Source: Octopus bimaculoides
Taxonomy: Eukaryota
Length of the DNA stretch: 64,000 nucleotides
Assembly: GCF_001194135.2 (NCBI RefSeq)
Contig: NC_068984.1
Span: 1,476,377-1,540,376 of the forward strand
Reading direction: 5' to 3'
The position numbers and the translations under genes were made by a program. Below are positions 24,067 to 37,300 of the stretch, one piece after another (within the stretch, counting starts at the first letter, position 1; each line of letters starts with the position of its first letter). The notes under the pieces are model-generated. The model searched no databases. It had not been told where the DNA came from and saw nothing but the letters and a program-made list of their open reading frames with translations.

Positions 24067-25462
24067 TTAAAATCATTGACAAGTTCAACCCTAAAACCAC
24101 CAGTTCCATAAATATTGTTAAAATGTTGCAAAGAAATTGACTTCTGTCAAGTGAATGGCAACAATTTCTGTATAACAATGTGTTATAAAATACAGAAAGG
24201 TTGTGTTGTTGTTAGTGGAGAAGCAGAGAGTAATGTTACCATAATAGGTTCTACCTAAAGACCCCTAAATTTTAAGAAAGGATTTCTTGTTCTGGTTTGC
24301 TTATAGATATTTTATTATAAACATTGAGGATTTTTCTTACTTCCCAAGTTTGTAATACAAATAAATATCTGTCATATCACCAATCGAAGTCAAATGAATA
24401 TTACTGAGATAAAAATAACATTGAAAATATATCAATATATAAAATTGCATTAATTTTTCAATTTTAGAGAGTAAAAAGAAAACAAAAATCAATAGTTTTT
24501 TCAACAATTCTGGACCATCTTGGATATTTTTGTAATATCTGAAAACAGCCTGTACCATTAATAAATTAATGTTTGCTTTTTTTATTTATTTATTTTTTTG
24601 TCTTGTGGTTTTATGAACCTGAAATTCTTTTAAAATCATTTAAACTATTTCTCCTATTACGACATTATTGTAGTGTGGGGATGGAAGTGGGGAGGGATAT
24701 CTGTTCAATTAATGTAACAGTAACAATTAATTAACAACCAATAATTTTAAACTGATAAAATAATCATTCTGAAAAAAAAAAAAATCTCTTTGGTTTTTTT
24801 TTTTTTTAATAAATATATGCAAAAATATATATTTATTGCTATTAAATAAAAAGTTGTTAGTTTATCTTCTAATAATAATAATTATTATTATTTTGGTGTG
24901 CCACCAGTACAATGTACAAATACTGAATTTTATAAAATACTGTTCTGAGTTTTTAGAATTGATCCATTTTAACGATATGTAAGTGTAATTAAAAAGACAT
25001 AATTAATAGAAATTTACTGAGATATTTCCTTTGTAAAACTTGTAAATATTGAGTTTGTAGATTCCCTGAGGTATAATTCTTATCACTAACATTGCCTGTC
25101 AAAATGTACCCTGACGTTTATATTTCTTATCTCTACAGCTTGTCCAGAAAAATCATATATGGTACCTTGTGGTCTTATCCCTACAGATTCCTAGTAAAAA
25201 ACATAGTGCCCTGAGGTGTAATCCCTATCGATTGCCCATAAAACAATATAACGAATGTAACACAGTTTCTTAGTATTTAGTGTAGAGATTGTGCCAATGC
25301 AAGAGATCAATATTTAACAATTTCTTATAATTAGGCAATAATTTTCCATTTCCATGGCTGCATTAGTCACTGAAAAACTGAATTGATGACATTGAAGTGT
25401 TTCAATGTATCTGGGTAGGGAGGAGAGGAATAAGTAAAATAATGAGCTTACACTCACACACC

Positions 25463-25503
<41 letters not shown>

Positions 25504-26943
25504 TCTTCCAGTCATGTGGTATTGTACTAAAATATGGAGCATCTTTAAAAACTACAAATATCTTTAAGATAATGACTTTGATTTTGTAGGTTTTATGAGA
25601 TGAACATTTATAAAAAAAACATGTTGGGGGTTTTAAAGACAAGCATCATCATCATCATGATAAAACTAAACCACAACAGAAGAGAGGTCACCAAATGCAA
25701 GAAATGGTTAAACACAACAAATGGATCAGAAAATGGGGAAGAGGATTGGGAAAAAAAAAAAAAATTTTGAACATATTAATGAAGAGATGTGAAACAAGAG
25801 AAAGAAGAGAACATTGAGACCAGTAAAATTTGGTCATAAAACTAAAGAGATAACTACAATTAAATCTCATAATTAAATATAGTTTTCTACTTCTAAAAGA
25901 ATTTTATCAAAATTTATATTACATTAGGATCACAATTAATATTAGTTTCTCACAAATATTAAACATATTAGAATTTTAACCACCATTGTTAGTTAGCGCT
26001 CACAACAGGGTTTCTTTTAAAAGTCTTTAATTGTAACATATAAAACATGGTATCAGAAAATATCATTTAATAAAAAGACTATAATTATGATTATTAATAT
26101 TAAAAGTTAAAGTTAATAACAACGATATACAAATTAGGAATTTCTGAGATGTACACAGTTTAGTTACCTTTTAAAAATATTTTGATCATACCTTTGAGTT
26201 AAATCTAGTTTGTAACATTTGGAAACAAGAACATACACACATATACAAAAAGATTTTTACATAAATTTCTTTTTAAAAAATTAATAAATATTAAAATTTT
26301 TGTTATATTTTTCTCATGAATTAAAAGTAAATGAGAATTAAATCTTAATTTTAAAACAGAATTCCTATGAAATATTCAGCAGAAGATAAAGTTTGAGTAA
26401 TGGACCCATTATTAGTAGAGACTATTCAAAAAACATCAAAAAATTATTCCATTTAGTGACAAATTTGGAGTTTCAATAAATTTCATGTGGATTTTTTCCT
26501 TTTTTTTTTTTTTTTAAACATTTATTTTCAGCAGTCTTGCGTTGTGCCACAAATCAAGGAATACAACCTAGATTACCTTTGTCAACCTAGTTGAAAAATA
26601 CACTTTCTCATTTCAAGATGAGTGAGGTGGGGGCATTCAACGGTCAAAATACTTCAACATTTCATTGAATTATCCAAGATTTCAGAACCATCTAATCCAT
26701 GCTGACATGGAAAATGAATGTTTAAAANNNNNNNNNNAATTACAAACCAAAAGGAGATGATAAAAGATAACATTCTTGCTTTGAAGAAGACAACTGAACA
26801 TTTTTCATTTGATTTTTCTTTCTGAGAACTTGTTCTCTAGAAACTCTATGAAGAAAGTAACAAACCCATAATTGACAAGTTTGTGTGTCTGGAGAAAAGG
26901 AGAGTATATATCTCTTTAAACACACACACACACACACGTGTGA

Positions 26944-26983
<40 letters not shown>

Positions 26984-27134
26984 GTTTAATAAGCTTACAG
27001 TACACAGTCTTCCATACCAATTATTAGAATATAACAAATGGAAAATTGAAATCAAACTGCAAAAAAAAAACCCTCTTTTAAGCAGTTATAAACAACTTGG
27101 ACTATTTGTAAAGAATAAAACAGATTTTCTCAAG

Positions 27135-27140
27135 TTTATT
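27135..27140 (-). promoter_or_regulatory. Candidate APEH polyadenylation signal AATAAA
   Basis: An AATAAA on the - strand about 140 nt after the stop; the region is AT-rich, so chance hits are common. Confidence 0.25.
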
Positions 27141-27280
27141 TCATTTTTGTTTAATGAGAAGTGGTGGTGGTGGTGCAGGATTCAGTAGGGAGGGGGGTAA
27201 AGGTAGGGCAGGGAAGAAATTGGCAAACCAATAAAGCTGCTAGAGGAATTAGCAGGAATTTTTAAAAAATGTTTCATAGG

Positions 27281-27383
27281 TCAACAGATATAATACCAAA
27301 ACCAGGAAACAATGTTGACAAAGGCATCAGCTTCTGCGTCGACTTTGTTCAGTGGGTGACTATTTTCCGCATAAGACATAAAC
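27281..27383 (-). CDS. APEH: APEH last coding exon with catalytic His (FMSYAENSHPLNKVDAEADAFVNIVSWFWYYIC*)
   Basis: acatcag|G...TGA; stop codon at 27283-27281. Confidence 0.92.
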
Positions 27384-30300
27384 CTGATGTAGAGATGGAA
27401 ATATCGAAATATCAATTAAACAGAAATATTGAATGACGAGTGAATTAATTAAAATACTTCAGAAATACTGATTTCTAGCATAGTTACAAAGCTACATATT
27501 TGGGGAAAGAGTAAAGTGAATGGTAAAGACCCCAGTAAAATGGAAGGTAAAATTCACCCTGGCAAAATTTGAACTTTGAATTAAATATTGAAAAGCACTT
27601 TGCCTACCACCCAAAGCATTTTACCATTCCACCATCCTCATAATAATAATATATCAATTGTTGTTGCTATTGTGGAAGGCAATATTTAGTGAGTGACACA
27701 CAAACACCAATTAATTTGGGATCCTCTTCATGGTTGTTTGCCAACATACACAGATATTGTTTTGAACTGAGTGGGGGTGGTAGATTCCCTTGTTCGAAAA
27801 TATAAGGACACAGATCATGTTGTATAGCCAGCTGGAGACGATGTCTCCTGGGGCTAAATTACAGCAACATTCGTCCTAAACCAGGACTGCCATATTATGT
27901 TGGCAAACAATCTTTACTCCAAAGTACTGTTGCTGAATATCTCTTGTAAGATTTAAAAATAGTAATTTTCCTCTTTATGGTTGTTAAATATATTAGATAC
28001 ACTTCTCTTAAATTATACCTTATCATCTTAGAAAAATAAGAACACACTGAAAAATGTAGTTCCAGATAGACTTATGTTTGAACAAAAGACAGGATGATCA
28101 TGGCTGGGATGTCTTTAATTATAGATCTGCACCATCAGGGTTGAGCATCGTTTCATGACAGGCAACTTTTGCAGGAAATACTTTTGCCACCAAGGATAAT
28201 ATCAGAAAATGTAGCAGACATACAACAATTATAATTTAACTTGTATCAAATTTCGTACAGGATGAGGAAATGAATGCTAATAACCAACCTGACAGGGATT
28301 TTACGAGCTTTCAATGCCTTGTAGTATTCAAGAGCACATTTTGGTGGGACTCTAAGATCAGCAGTGCCAACCATGAACATTGTTGGTGTAATAACCTGCA
28401 AAAAAAAAATTCAAGTAAAATATCAACAAAAAACAAAAAACGAATATCTAAAGAAAACATTACATAAACTGTAAGAAATGGAAGTGAGAATTTTGGTTGT
28501 GGAAATGGTTGTAGTGCAAGACAGGCAGGGTCGTGCTGTCTGGTTGAGAAGTTTACTTGTGTGTTTGGGGTTCACTTTCACTATGTAACACTAATTTTGT
28601 TCATAGGTTATTTGGTAACCCAGAGCTCTGGGTTACCAAATAACCCATGAACAAAATTTGGTAGACAGAAACTGCATGGAAGCCTGTTGGTAGTAACCTA
28701 CATGGTTCTATGATACAAAACCTTCTGTTTTAAAGTGATCTAAATTAAAACTTTCCATCAACATTCCTTGTTAATTCAGGTTCTAAAACCAGTTTAATGA
28801 TTACAAAAGTTATCTTACTAAATTCTTCATTATTTTCAAAATTCATTGAAACAAAAAGTGATGTATTTTAACAGAAATATGGTCACAAAAATTTTAATCT
28901 GCTGTTTGGTCTGTGGGTGCATTTAACAAAGACCATTCTGATTTGGGCCCAGGTTCTGGTCTGAGGCTCAATACAGAGATCCTAATACAAGGAGCCACAA
29001 ACACTGTGTCCATCCTCCTTTGTGTTAATCATTAAAAATAAAGTATCATATGCAATAAGTTTTGTGCCATGAGGTTATGGTTGTGGTACCATATGTGAGA
29101 CATGGGTACAGTTAGAGTACCCTTTGTGACATGTAGTTATATTACCCTACATGTTACACGGCATTAAGGATATTTAGTAGCCTCTAACTAAAACAACTAA
29201 ATTATTAACTAGCTTTTAACAAATTAAAAAAAACAGGGTAACTTTTAATTTTTGTTTACTGCAAGGCAGTCCAGAAATGACAATCCTTACAATATTTTGA
29301 ATAGAAACAATTATTTTGCCCATTTAATGAAATAAATATTACTGTATATTGAGTTTCTATAACATTTAGAAACTAAATGATGTAAGAAAGTAATTTTTCA
29401 GAAATGAATAGTCGTTGCCAGTGCCGCTGGACTGGCTCCCTTGCCAGTGGCACGTAATAGAACCCACTACACTCTCGGAGTGGTTGGCGTTAGGAAGGGC
29501 ATCCAGCTGTAGAAACCTTGCCAGATCAGATTGGAGCCTGGTGCAGCCTTCTGGCTCTCCAGTCCTCAGTCAAACCGTCCAACCCATACCAGCATGGAAA
29601 GCGGACGTTAAACGATGATGATGATGATGATGAAGGTGGTGAATAGAAATCTTGTTCTGACCTGATCAACATAACGAGTTGGAGACATCTTCCAGAAAGT
29701 TTCTAAACTTTCCATGTCAGCAACTTTGCCATGTTTGAAATCCAGACCACATTCAACGAAAGCCCTGCAAAAATGAAACAAGAAAGAAACGAATAAGAAA
29801 GAAAACAACAAAGAAAAATAGCAATAAGAGTGAGTAGAGTTGTGGGGATTAACAGGGATGAGCATGGAGATTAACAAGGAAGGGTGAGGGATTAACACAG
29901 ATGGGTATGGGGTTAACGGGGGTGGGAGTGGGATTAACAGAAATGGGTGTGGCATTAACAGGGATGGGTGGGTGTGGGATTAACAGAAATGAGTGTAGGG
30001 AGTAACAGAGATGGGTATGGGATTAATAGGAAAGGGTGAGGGATTAACAGAGGTGGGCATGAGATTAATGAGGATGGCTCTAGGACTAACTGGAATGTGT
30101 GTGGTATTAACAGAAATGCATGCAAGAGGGAAAGAGGCAGAAGCAGGAGAAATCAGGAATTGAACACTCGGAGAGCTGAGTGTCTGGCAAAACAGAGAGA
30201 AAGAGACAAAAGCAGGAAATGTCACGAATCAGATGTTCATGTGAATACAAATGGAATAAAACAAGTTTTGCATAAATCGGACCATGGGTTACCAAGATAC

Positions 30301-31199
30301 ATGGATTTTTCAGGGACCTTTATAAATAGCCAAACCGGTGTATAATGGGAGAAAGGCTTTGAAAATAAGGTAACATTGAAATGTGAATACACAAGGGATA
30401 ACAGAAGTTTTACGTAAACTGGACCACGGATTCCAGAGACACGTGATCTTTTTCGGGTACCTTGAACTACAGGTGAGCCAACGGGTCATGGGTAGTCTAG
30501 TATATAGATGTATATATAATTTAATGTTAAATAGGTATCGTTACCATTAATAATAATGATAATAATAAAGTGGTTAGCGAGTTTTACACCTTTATAGGTA
30601 AAATACAAACAAAATTCAGTAGGGTATTAAAATACTACTTGCTATATNNNNNNNNNNNNNNNNNNNNNNNNNNNNNNNNNNNNNNNNNNNNNNNNNNNNN
30701 NNNNNNNNNNNNNNNNNNNNNNNNNNNNNNNNNNNNNNNNNNNNNNNNNNNNNNNNNNNNNNNNNNNNNNNNNNNNNNNNNNNNNNNNNNNNNNNNNNNN
30801 NNNNNNNNTATATATATATACATATATATAGACATTTTCAGAATGAGATAAAAATCCAAGGCTGTGAAAGATTTTAGAACATTTATAAATAGAAGGTCTT
30901 ACAGCTGTTTCCAGGATATTTCATATATCCCTTCATCGGAGATGGTGTGAGAAAATGGTTAAGCAATTGTTATTCTAGATATGAAATAGAGAGTGAAGTG
31001 GAGGAATGAAAATAGACGTGAGATATGCAGGGATATTGCATCTGGAGATCCATTATTTAGGCAGAATGAATTTATTCAGTCTAAAACAGAAAAGAAGATG
31101 CACTAAGCTTTTATAATGATGGATAATTCTCATATCTTATCCATTTATTGATAGTTATTAAATCCTGAAACTTTGGTTGCTTTAATTTTGTTACATCCC

Positions 31200-31230
<31 letters not shown>

Positions 31231-34200
31231 TGATGATTCAATGAAAAATGTTAAGGCAAGTGAAGAAACTTTACATCTGTGAGTTGAGTCAATAATTTCT
31301 AATAATTGAACCAATTCGGCAAAAGATGTGGATGTGTCTTCTTTCAGAAGAAAAATACCTGATAAATACTTAAATGAGTGTTGGAGAAGAAAAGCAATCA
31401 TATTTCTAAAGGTTGCTAAATGTAAAATAGTGTTCTGGATTTATAATAATTATAATAATTAATGAATTACGAAGATTGGGTGGATTAATTTGATACTTAC
31501 CAGTCTGGAATGTCAGAGGATCCAAATATAGCTGTAACCCAAAGGTAAGGATTAATTAAGAATTGTGTTTACATTTACAATTGTCAGAATGATCTTAAGG
31601 AGAACCAATTTAGTGGGTGGGGATAGATTTTAGGGTATTCTAAAACGTCTCCTGTTTGGTGCCAGTAAAAGTTTCTACTATTAAATACGAGTAATCAGAG
31701 ATTTTAGTGTACTGCAAATTGTTCATTGTTTGGTGCCAGTAAGAGTTACTGCTGTTAAATATATTTTCCAAAGCCAACCAAAGTCCTAAATAAACGACAG
31801 GTTTTATATTTGTATGTCCCCTTTGGTAATTTGACAACTGGCATCCAGGATCCCTTTCAAAAAACAGAAAACATGCGGCTGACAACCAAATTCTATTTCA
31901 TTTCACATCATGGCCCACTTTTACAAGTGAGCTTCAGCATTCGCTTGATGGCTAGAAACAGCAACCAAGTCTCCTTCAACTTACAGCCTACCGTCTTGAA
32001 ACATGAAGGACACATTCAATACTGTGATCCCATATACATTATCCCCCAAAACAAGATGGGATAGTCACAATTGGAATGTCTATAGTAGCAACATGGTAAC
32101 AACATCCATTGTTTTATTAGTTTTACACAAAACATTCTGTTATTAGTTAAAACTATTCATTATGTCTGTCATCTCAACAACAATCTGTCTGTATGTCTTG
32201 TATTCTTTGAACATTACAATGTCGTCAACAGCGCAACTTCTCAACCTTTCTTTCAACAAATTACCCTTCTCTTTTCTCAAATATTTCAAGACTCCTCCAA
32301 TTTCACTTGAACTTTTGACATTTCGTTTATAATTTTGGAACGTGATTCTAACAACAAAAGAAATGTTATTAGCAATGTTTTGATGCAGGGGGTTGTTGCT
32401 GTTGTTATTGTTTAACCACAGGCCAGACCTGACTTAGTAATCCTACTCCAGCTATGACTGCCCAAGCTTTACAAAGATATGTAGGACCTCATTATGCAAT
32501 CTGTCCTTTCCTTTCCAACATGCATATCATCATCATCACTATTATTTAATATCCCTGTTCCATGCTGGAAGAGGTTACACAGTTTGACAAGGATCCAATG
32601 GGCCCAAGAACTGCATCAAGCTCCAGTGTCTGCTTTGGAATGATTCTTACAGCTGGATGTCCTCCTTGATGCCATCCACTTTACAGTGTGTACTGGGTGC
32701 TTTTTTTTATGTCATTGGCCCTAGTGATGTTGCCATATTTGAGGGAAATTTAGTTACCCCGTTTAGCAGGCTGACCAGCACTGCAGAGGCTCCCTTGAGG
32801 TGTTATATGCTGTGGTACAGTAATGTGTGATGCTGTATACTTAGCTCTGTGAGTCCATCATCACATAAAACACTGATCAGCTACATCAGAGTCCATCATA
32901 AACAACAGATATGGACTGAGGTGTTGATAGTTAAAATTGGAACACTAATACAAACTATTCTGTAGTGTTCAACTTTGCATCAGTATCCATTTAAAGAGTT
33001 TACCATTAAAACAGGAATAATGAAATGTAAGGACATATTTCAGACAATCAAAAAATACTTACTAAGCAAACTAGTGACAGGATTTCTGCAAACCGCTGCT
33101 TTGTAAAAATCCTGGAAACAAATAAAAACCATGTTCAAAATTTAGTTTTTCAGCTTTTCATAATTTTCAAAATGTAAAGAATATGGCAATGAACTGTAGG
33201 AATTACTATATCCAAACTGTCCATTGGAACAAGTTACTCATGTTATAGTAAAATGGTAAATATCAAGGAAGCGAGTAATGGTCTGGGTCAGCAAATACAG
33301 CAGAATCTTGCTTTACAAATGCCTCTCATCACAAACAAATTGGTTTATGAACAGTTTTTCTGACATAAAACATCTTGGGTGATGAATGGTGTCTTCAGTA
33401 ATGACAATGCAAGACAACAACAACAACAATGGTTGGCACCAAGGTGGGAGTATCAGCAGGAGAGCACCAACTGCTGCCTGGTTTTGACTCAGTGCTTGAA
33501 TTCATTGTGCCTTCTCTTTAAGTTCTTTTGGGAAAAATAGTTTCAGATTACAAACATTTTGGGTAGAAAACAGCCTTCAAGAATGAATTAAATTTGTAAA
33601 TTGAAGTTCCACTGTAATAAGTGCAAAACTAACATTGTCATTAAGTTAAAGATAACATAACACAGGGAACATTAAGGAACCAGCTAGTAGTAGTAGGAGG
33701 AGGAGAAGGACGAGGAGGAAGAGAAGAAGAAGTTGTTGTCGTCATCACTGCCACCATAGTTTAATATCCACTTTCACAGCCAGACATATTCCTCATGGAA
33801 GACTGGAGTCAAGTAATATTGCTTGTATGATGATGATGATGATGATGATGATGGTGTGCATTTACAACCATCACCTGATGTCACTACAAACACACACACA
33901 CACATCTACTTCTGTAAGCCCTCTCTCTCTCTTTCTCTCTCTGCCACTTAAAAAGCACCCGTGCTGGTGCTTCTTTAATACACCCGTGCAAATGCTGCGT
34001 ACATGCACCCATGCCGGTGGCAGGTAAAAAGCACCCTGCACACTCTGTAAAGTGGTTGGCATTAGGAAGGGCATCCAGCCATAGAAACCATGCCACAACA
34101 GACAGATGGAGTCTGGACAGCTCCCTGTCAAACCGTCCAACCCATGCCAGCATGGAAAGCGAACATTAAACAATGACGATGATATACAGAAATGCACAAC

Positions 34201-34362
34201 AGGCTTTTTCCAGTTTCCTTCTATCAAATCCACTCACAAGGCTTTGGTTGGCCTAGGGCTACAGTAAAAGACACTTTCCCAAGGTGCCACGCAGTGGGAA
34301 TGAACAAACTCAAGATTGCATCATTGGGAAGCAAGCTTCTAAACCACAAAGCTGTATCAATA

Positions 34363-34396
<34 letters not shown>

Positions 34397-37300
34397 CCGA
34401 TGCCATCCTATGGTGGGGAAAGACTTGTCCAAGCTTTGTGGTAAGCAAGGGAGAACTGGACATAGAACAGTGATGAGGGCAACTACTGATGAGGAATGGA
34501 AAGTGTGTGAAACTTACTGGATACTGTCCAATGAGATGTAATGTAATGAAACCACCATGGGAGCCACCAATCACAGTCACATGATTTTCATTAATGTAAT
34601 CAAGTTTCAATAATGATTCAGCAGCAAACTGAAACAGCAACAACAACATTTAGAAATTGATTAATGATGTAAGGAGCAAATAGTTTAACAACAAATCAAT
34701 TAAGCAATAATATAACAAATTGAATTAATGTCAGGAAGAAATCCAGGAACAACAGGAACAATAATTCTTTCTGCTGTAAGCACATGACATGAAATTTTGT
34801 AGTGGGTGGGGGTCGTCAATTACTTTGACCTCAGGGTACAATTGATACTTATTTCATCAACTCTGGATGAAAGGCAAAGCTGGCCTGAGCAAGATTTGAA
34901 CTCAGAAGAGCCAGAAGAAATATCACTTAGCATTTTGTAATGACTGCCAGCTTACTGTCATAATAATAATAATAATAATAATAGTAATAATAATAATAAT
35001 AATAATAATAGTAATAATAATAATGGTGGTTTCAAATTTTGCCACAAGGGCAGCAATTTTGAGGGAGGGAATAAGTCAATTACATCAACCCCAGTGTCCA
35101 ACTGGTACTTGTTTTATTGACCTGAAAGGATGAAAGGCAAAGTTGACCTCGGCGGAATTTGAACTCAGAATAGAGTGATGGGTGAAATACCGCTAAGCAT
35201 TTCGTCCAGCGTGCTAACAAGTCCGCCAGCTCGCCACTTTAACAATAATAATAATCCTTTCTACTATAGGCAGAAGGCCTGAAATTTTGGGGGAGGGGAC
35301 TAGTCAATTACATTGACCCCAGTGTCCAGCTGGTACTTAATTTATCAACCCAGAAAGGATGAAAGGCAAAGTTGATCGCTGCGGAATTTGAACTCAGAAT
35401 GTAGCTATGGGCGAAATACCGCTAAGCATTTCGTCCAGCATGCTAATAATTCTGCCAGGTCACCACCTTGATAATAATAATAATAATAAGTATGGATATG
35501 AGGTTACGTGGACTGAACGATTTGACAGTAACCAATTGTGTATTTTCTAGCAATTAATACAGGTCTCATAATAAGATGATTAAAAATATATCATTTAAAA
35601 TATGATACACTGAAAATAAACTAAAATTGTTACGTTCAAATAACATGATATGATTAAACAACTCTTTAATCAAGATCTTTGATTAACAAAATCATTACAC
35701 ATACAATTTATTCTATAATCAAAAACCTTAGTATATATATTTTTTTTGACTGGACAAGCCCAACATTTTGAAGATATTTATATTGGGGAAGAAAGGAAAA
35801 AAAAAAAAAACTTAACAACTTTGCTAAGTCTGTCTTCCATCTTTGTAATGACTTACTTGTACATCTTGTACATCCTGATGGCCAATTTTACCCAAAAGAG
35901 ATTTAATGGAGTTCTGACCACATCCAATGGAGCCACGATAATTTACTGAAATAAAAGATAGAAGGTATTTAGCTTTATACGTATATAGTTGGTGACTATC
36001 TAAATATCAATGACCATCTAAATATTGGCTACCATTTGGCCGTTAACATTTTATAATCATCTACATTTTCCCAAGAGGGTTTAAAGAGGATCTGAAGCAG
36101 GTCTGGGTTAAATATTTGCAACAGTTGCAGGGGGTAGAAGTCAGGTGTAGTGTGATCTTGGGTGAACACTCAAAACCTACTCTGTCCTGGTTACCAGTCA
36201 GTAGAACAAGAAAGGAAAGAAAACAACTTGGTGGTGGTACTGGACTAGATTAACAGGAACTTAACATGTAGTGTGGTGCTTCTGAAAGAAATAACGTTTC
36301 AGCTTCGGCTGCATGGAATGGGAGAAAAAAAAAACTATTGGTGAAATAGAGATTGTTTTTTAATTAAAAGGAAAATGGTGTGGTACTTGTTTTAGAAGTG
36401 CAATATTGGCGTCAGGACCAAAAACAGTTGTCAGGGCATCTGTAGAGAGGAGTGCTTTCCATGGAGTTGAAACCTGAACTATGAAGACGGAGCTTCAAGG
36501 TTACTTTGATGGTTCACTCACCAGGCTTCTGATGAGGGCTCAAAAGATATAGTAAGAGCACAGGGTCACATTCTGCCCATACCTACTATTACTGCTCAAC
36601 ACAATGTAGGTGATCTCTGTCACTGCTGTTGTTTTGACCAACAGGCCATACTGGATATTACATTTTGGAGACATCCCCCCCGAATAAAGACCACTCAGCT
36701 AGACTGGTGTAATTAGTAGAGACACACAACATGAAATTGAATGTCAATGGAATGTAGTGGGGCAGAGCTCAGTTCTGTGGGGCAGGGCTCAGTTCTGTGG
36801 GGCAGAGCTCAGTTCTGTGGGGCGCCACGGAGGAGGAGCTGGCTAGGCCTCGTTATTACTTAAGTTGCTTCTTCTGCCATTAGTAATGGAATTGTTGTAA
36901 ACTTTCCACTGGTCTTTGGAATCAAACTAAGGGGTTGTTCCATGATATTTGTTCATCAAAAGTCCAAGAGGAACTTCAAATCCCTAAAATTATGTCTTGA
37001 AGCAAAATACCAAACATTAAATCAAAAATAACAAAATAGAAAAAAATGTCATTCTTGTGAGCTGTGAGGTGTTTTTAATGAAGCAAAATATTTCAGGTGA
37101 AGATAACATAAAGCGACCGAGACCAAGTGGCCATGAGTACTGTGTCGTGAGTTCAAATCCAACCAGAAATAACATTCCTGATGATGATCAATAATTAAAC
37201 CAACAGAAACAGTGGACACATAAATATTAAAAGATATTTTCTGAGGTTAACAGTCAGAAAAATTACATTATAATATTTTAAATATATATAATTTATATTT

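Noticed and set aside
30240-30480. Degenerate direct duplication of about 130 bp
   Set aside because: Low identity, no open frame and no termini; an ordinary old duplication.
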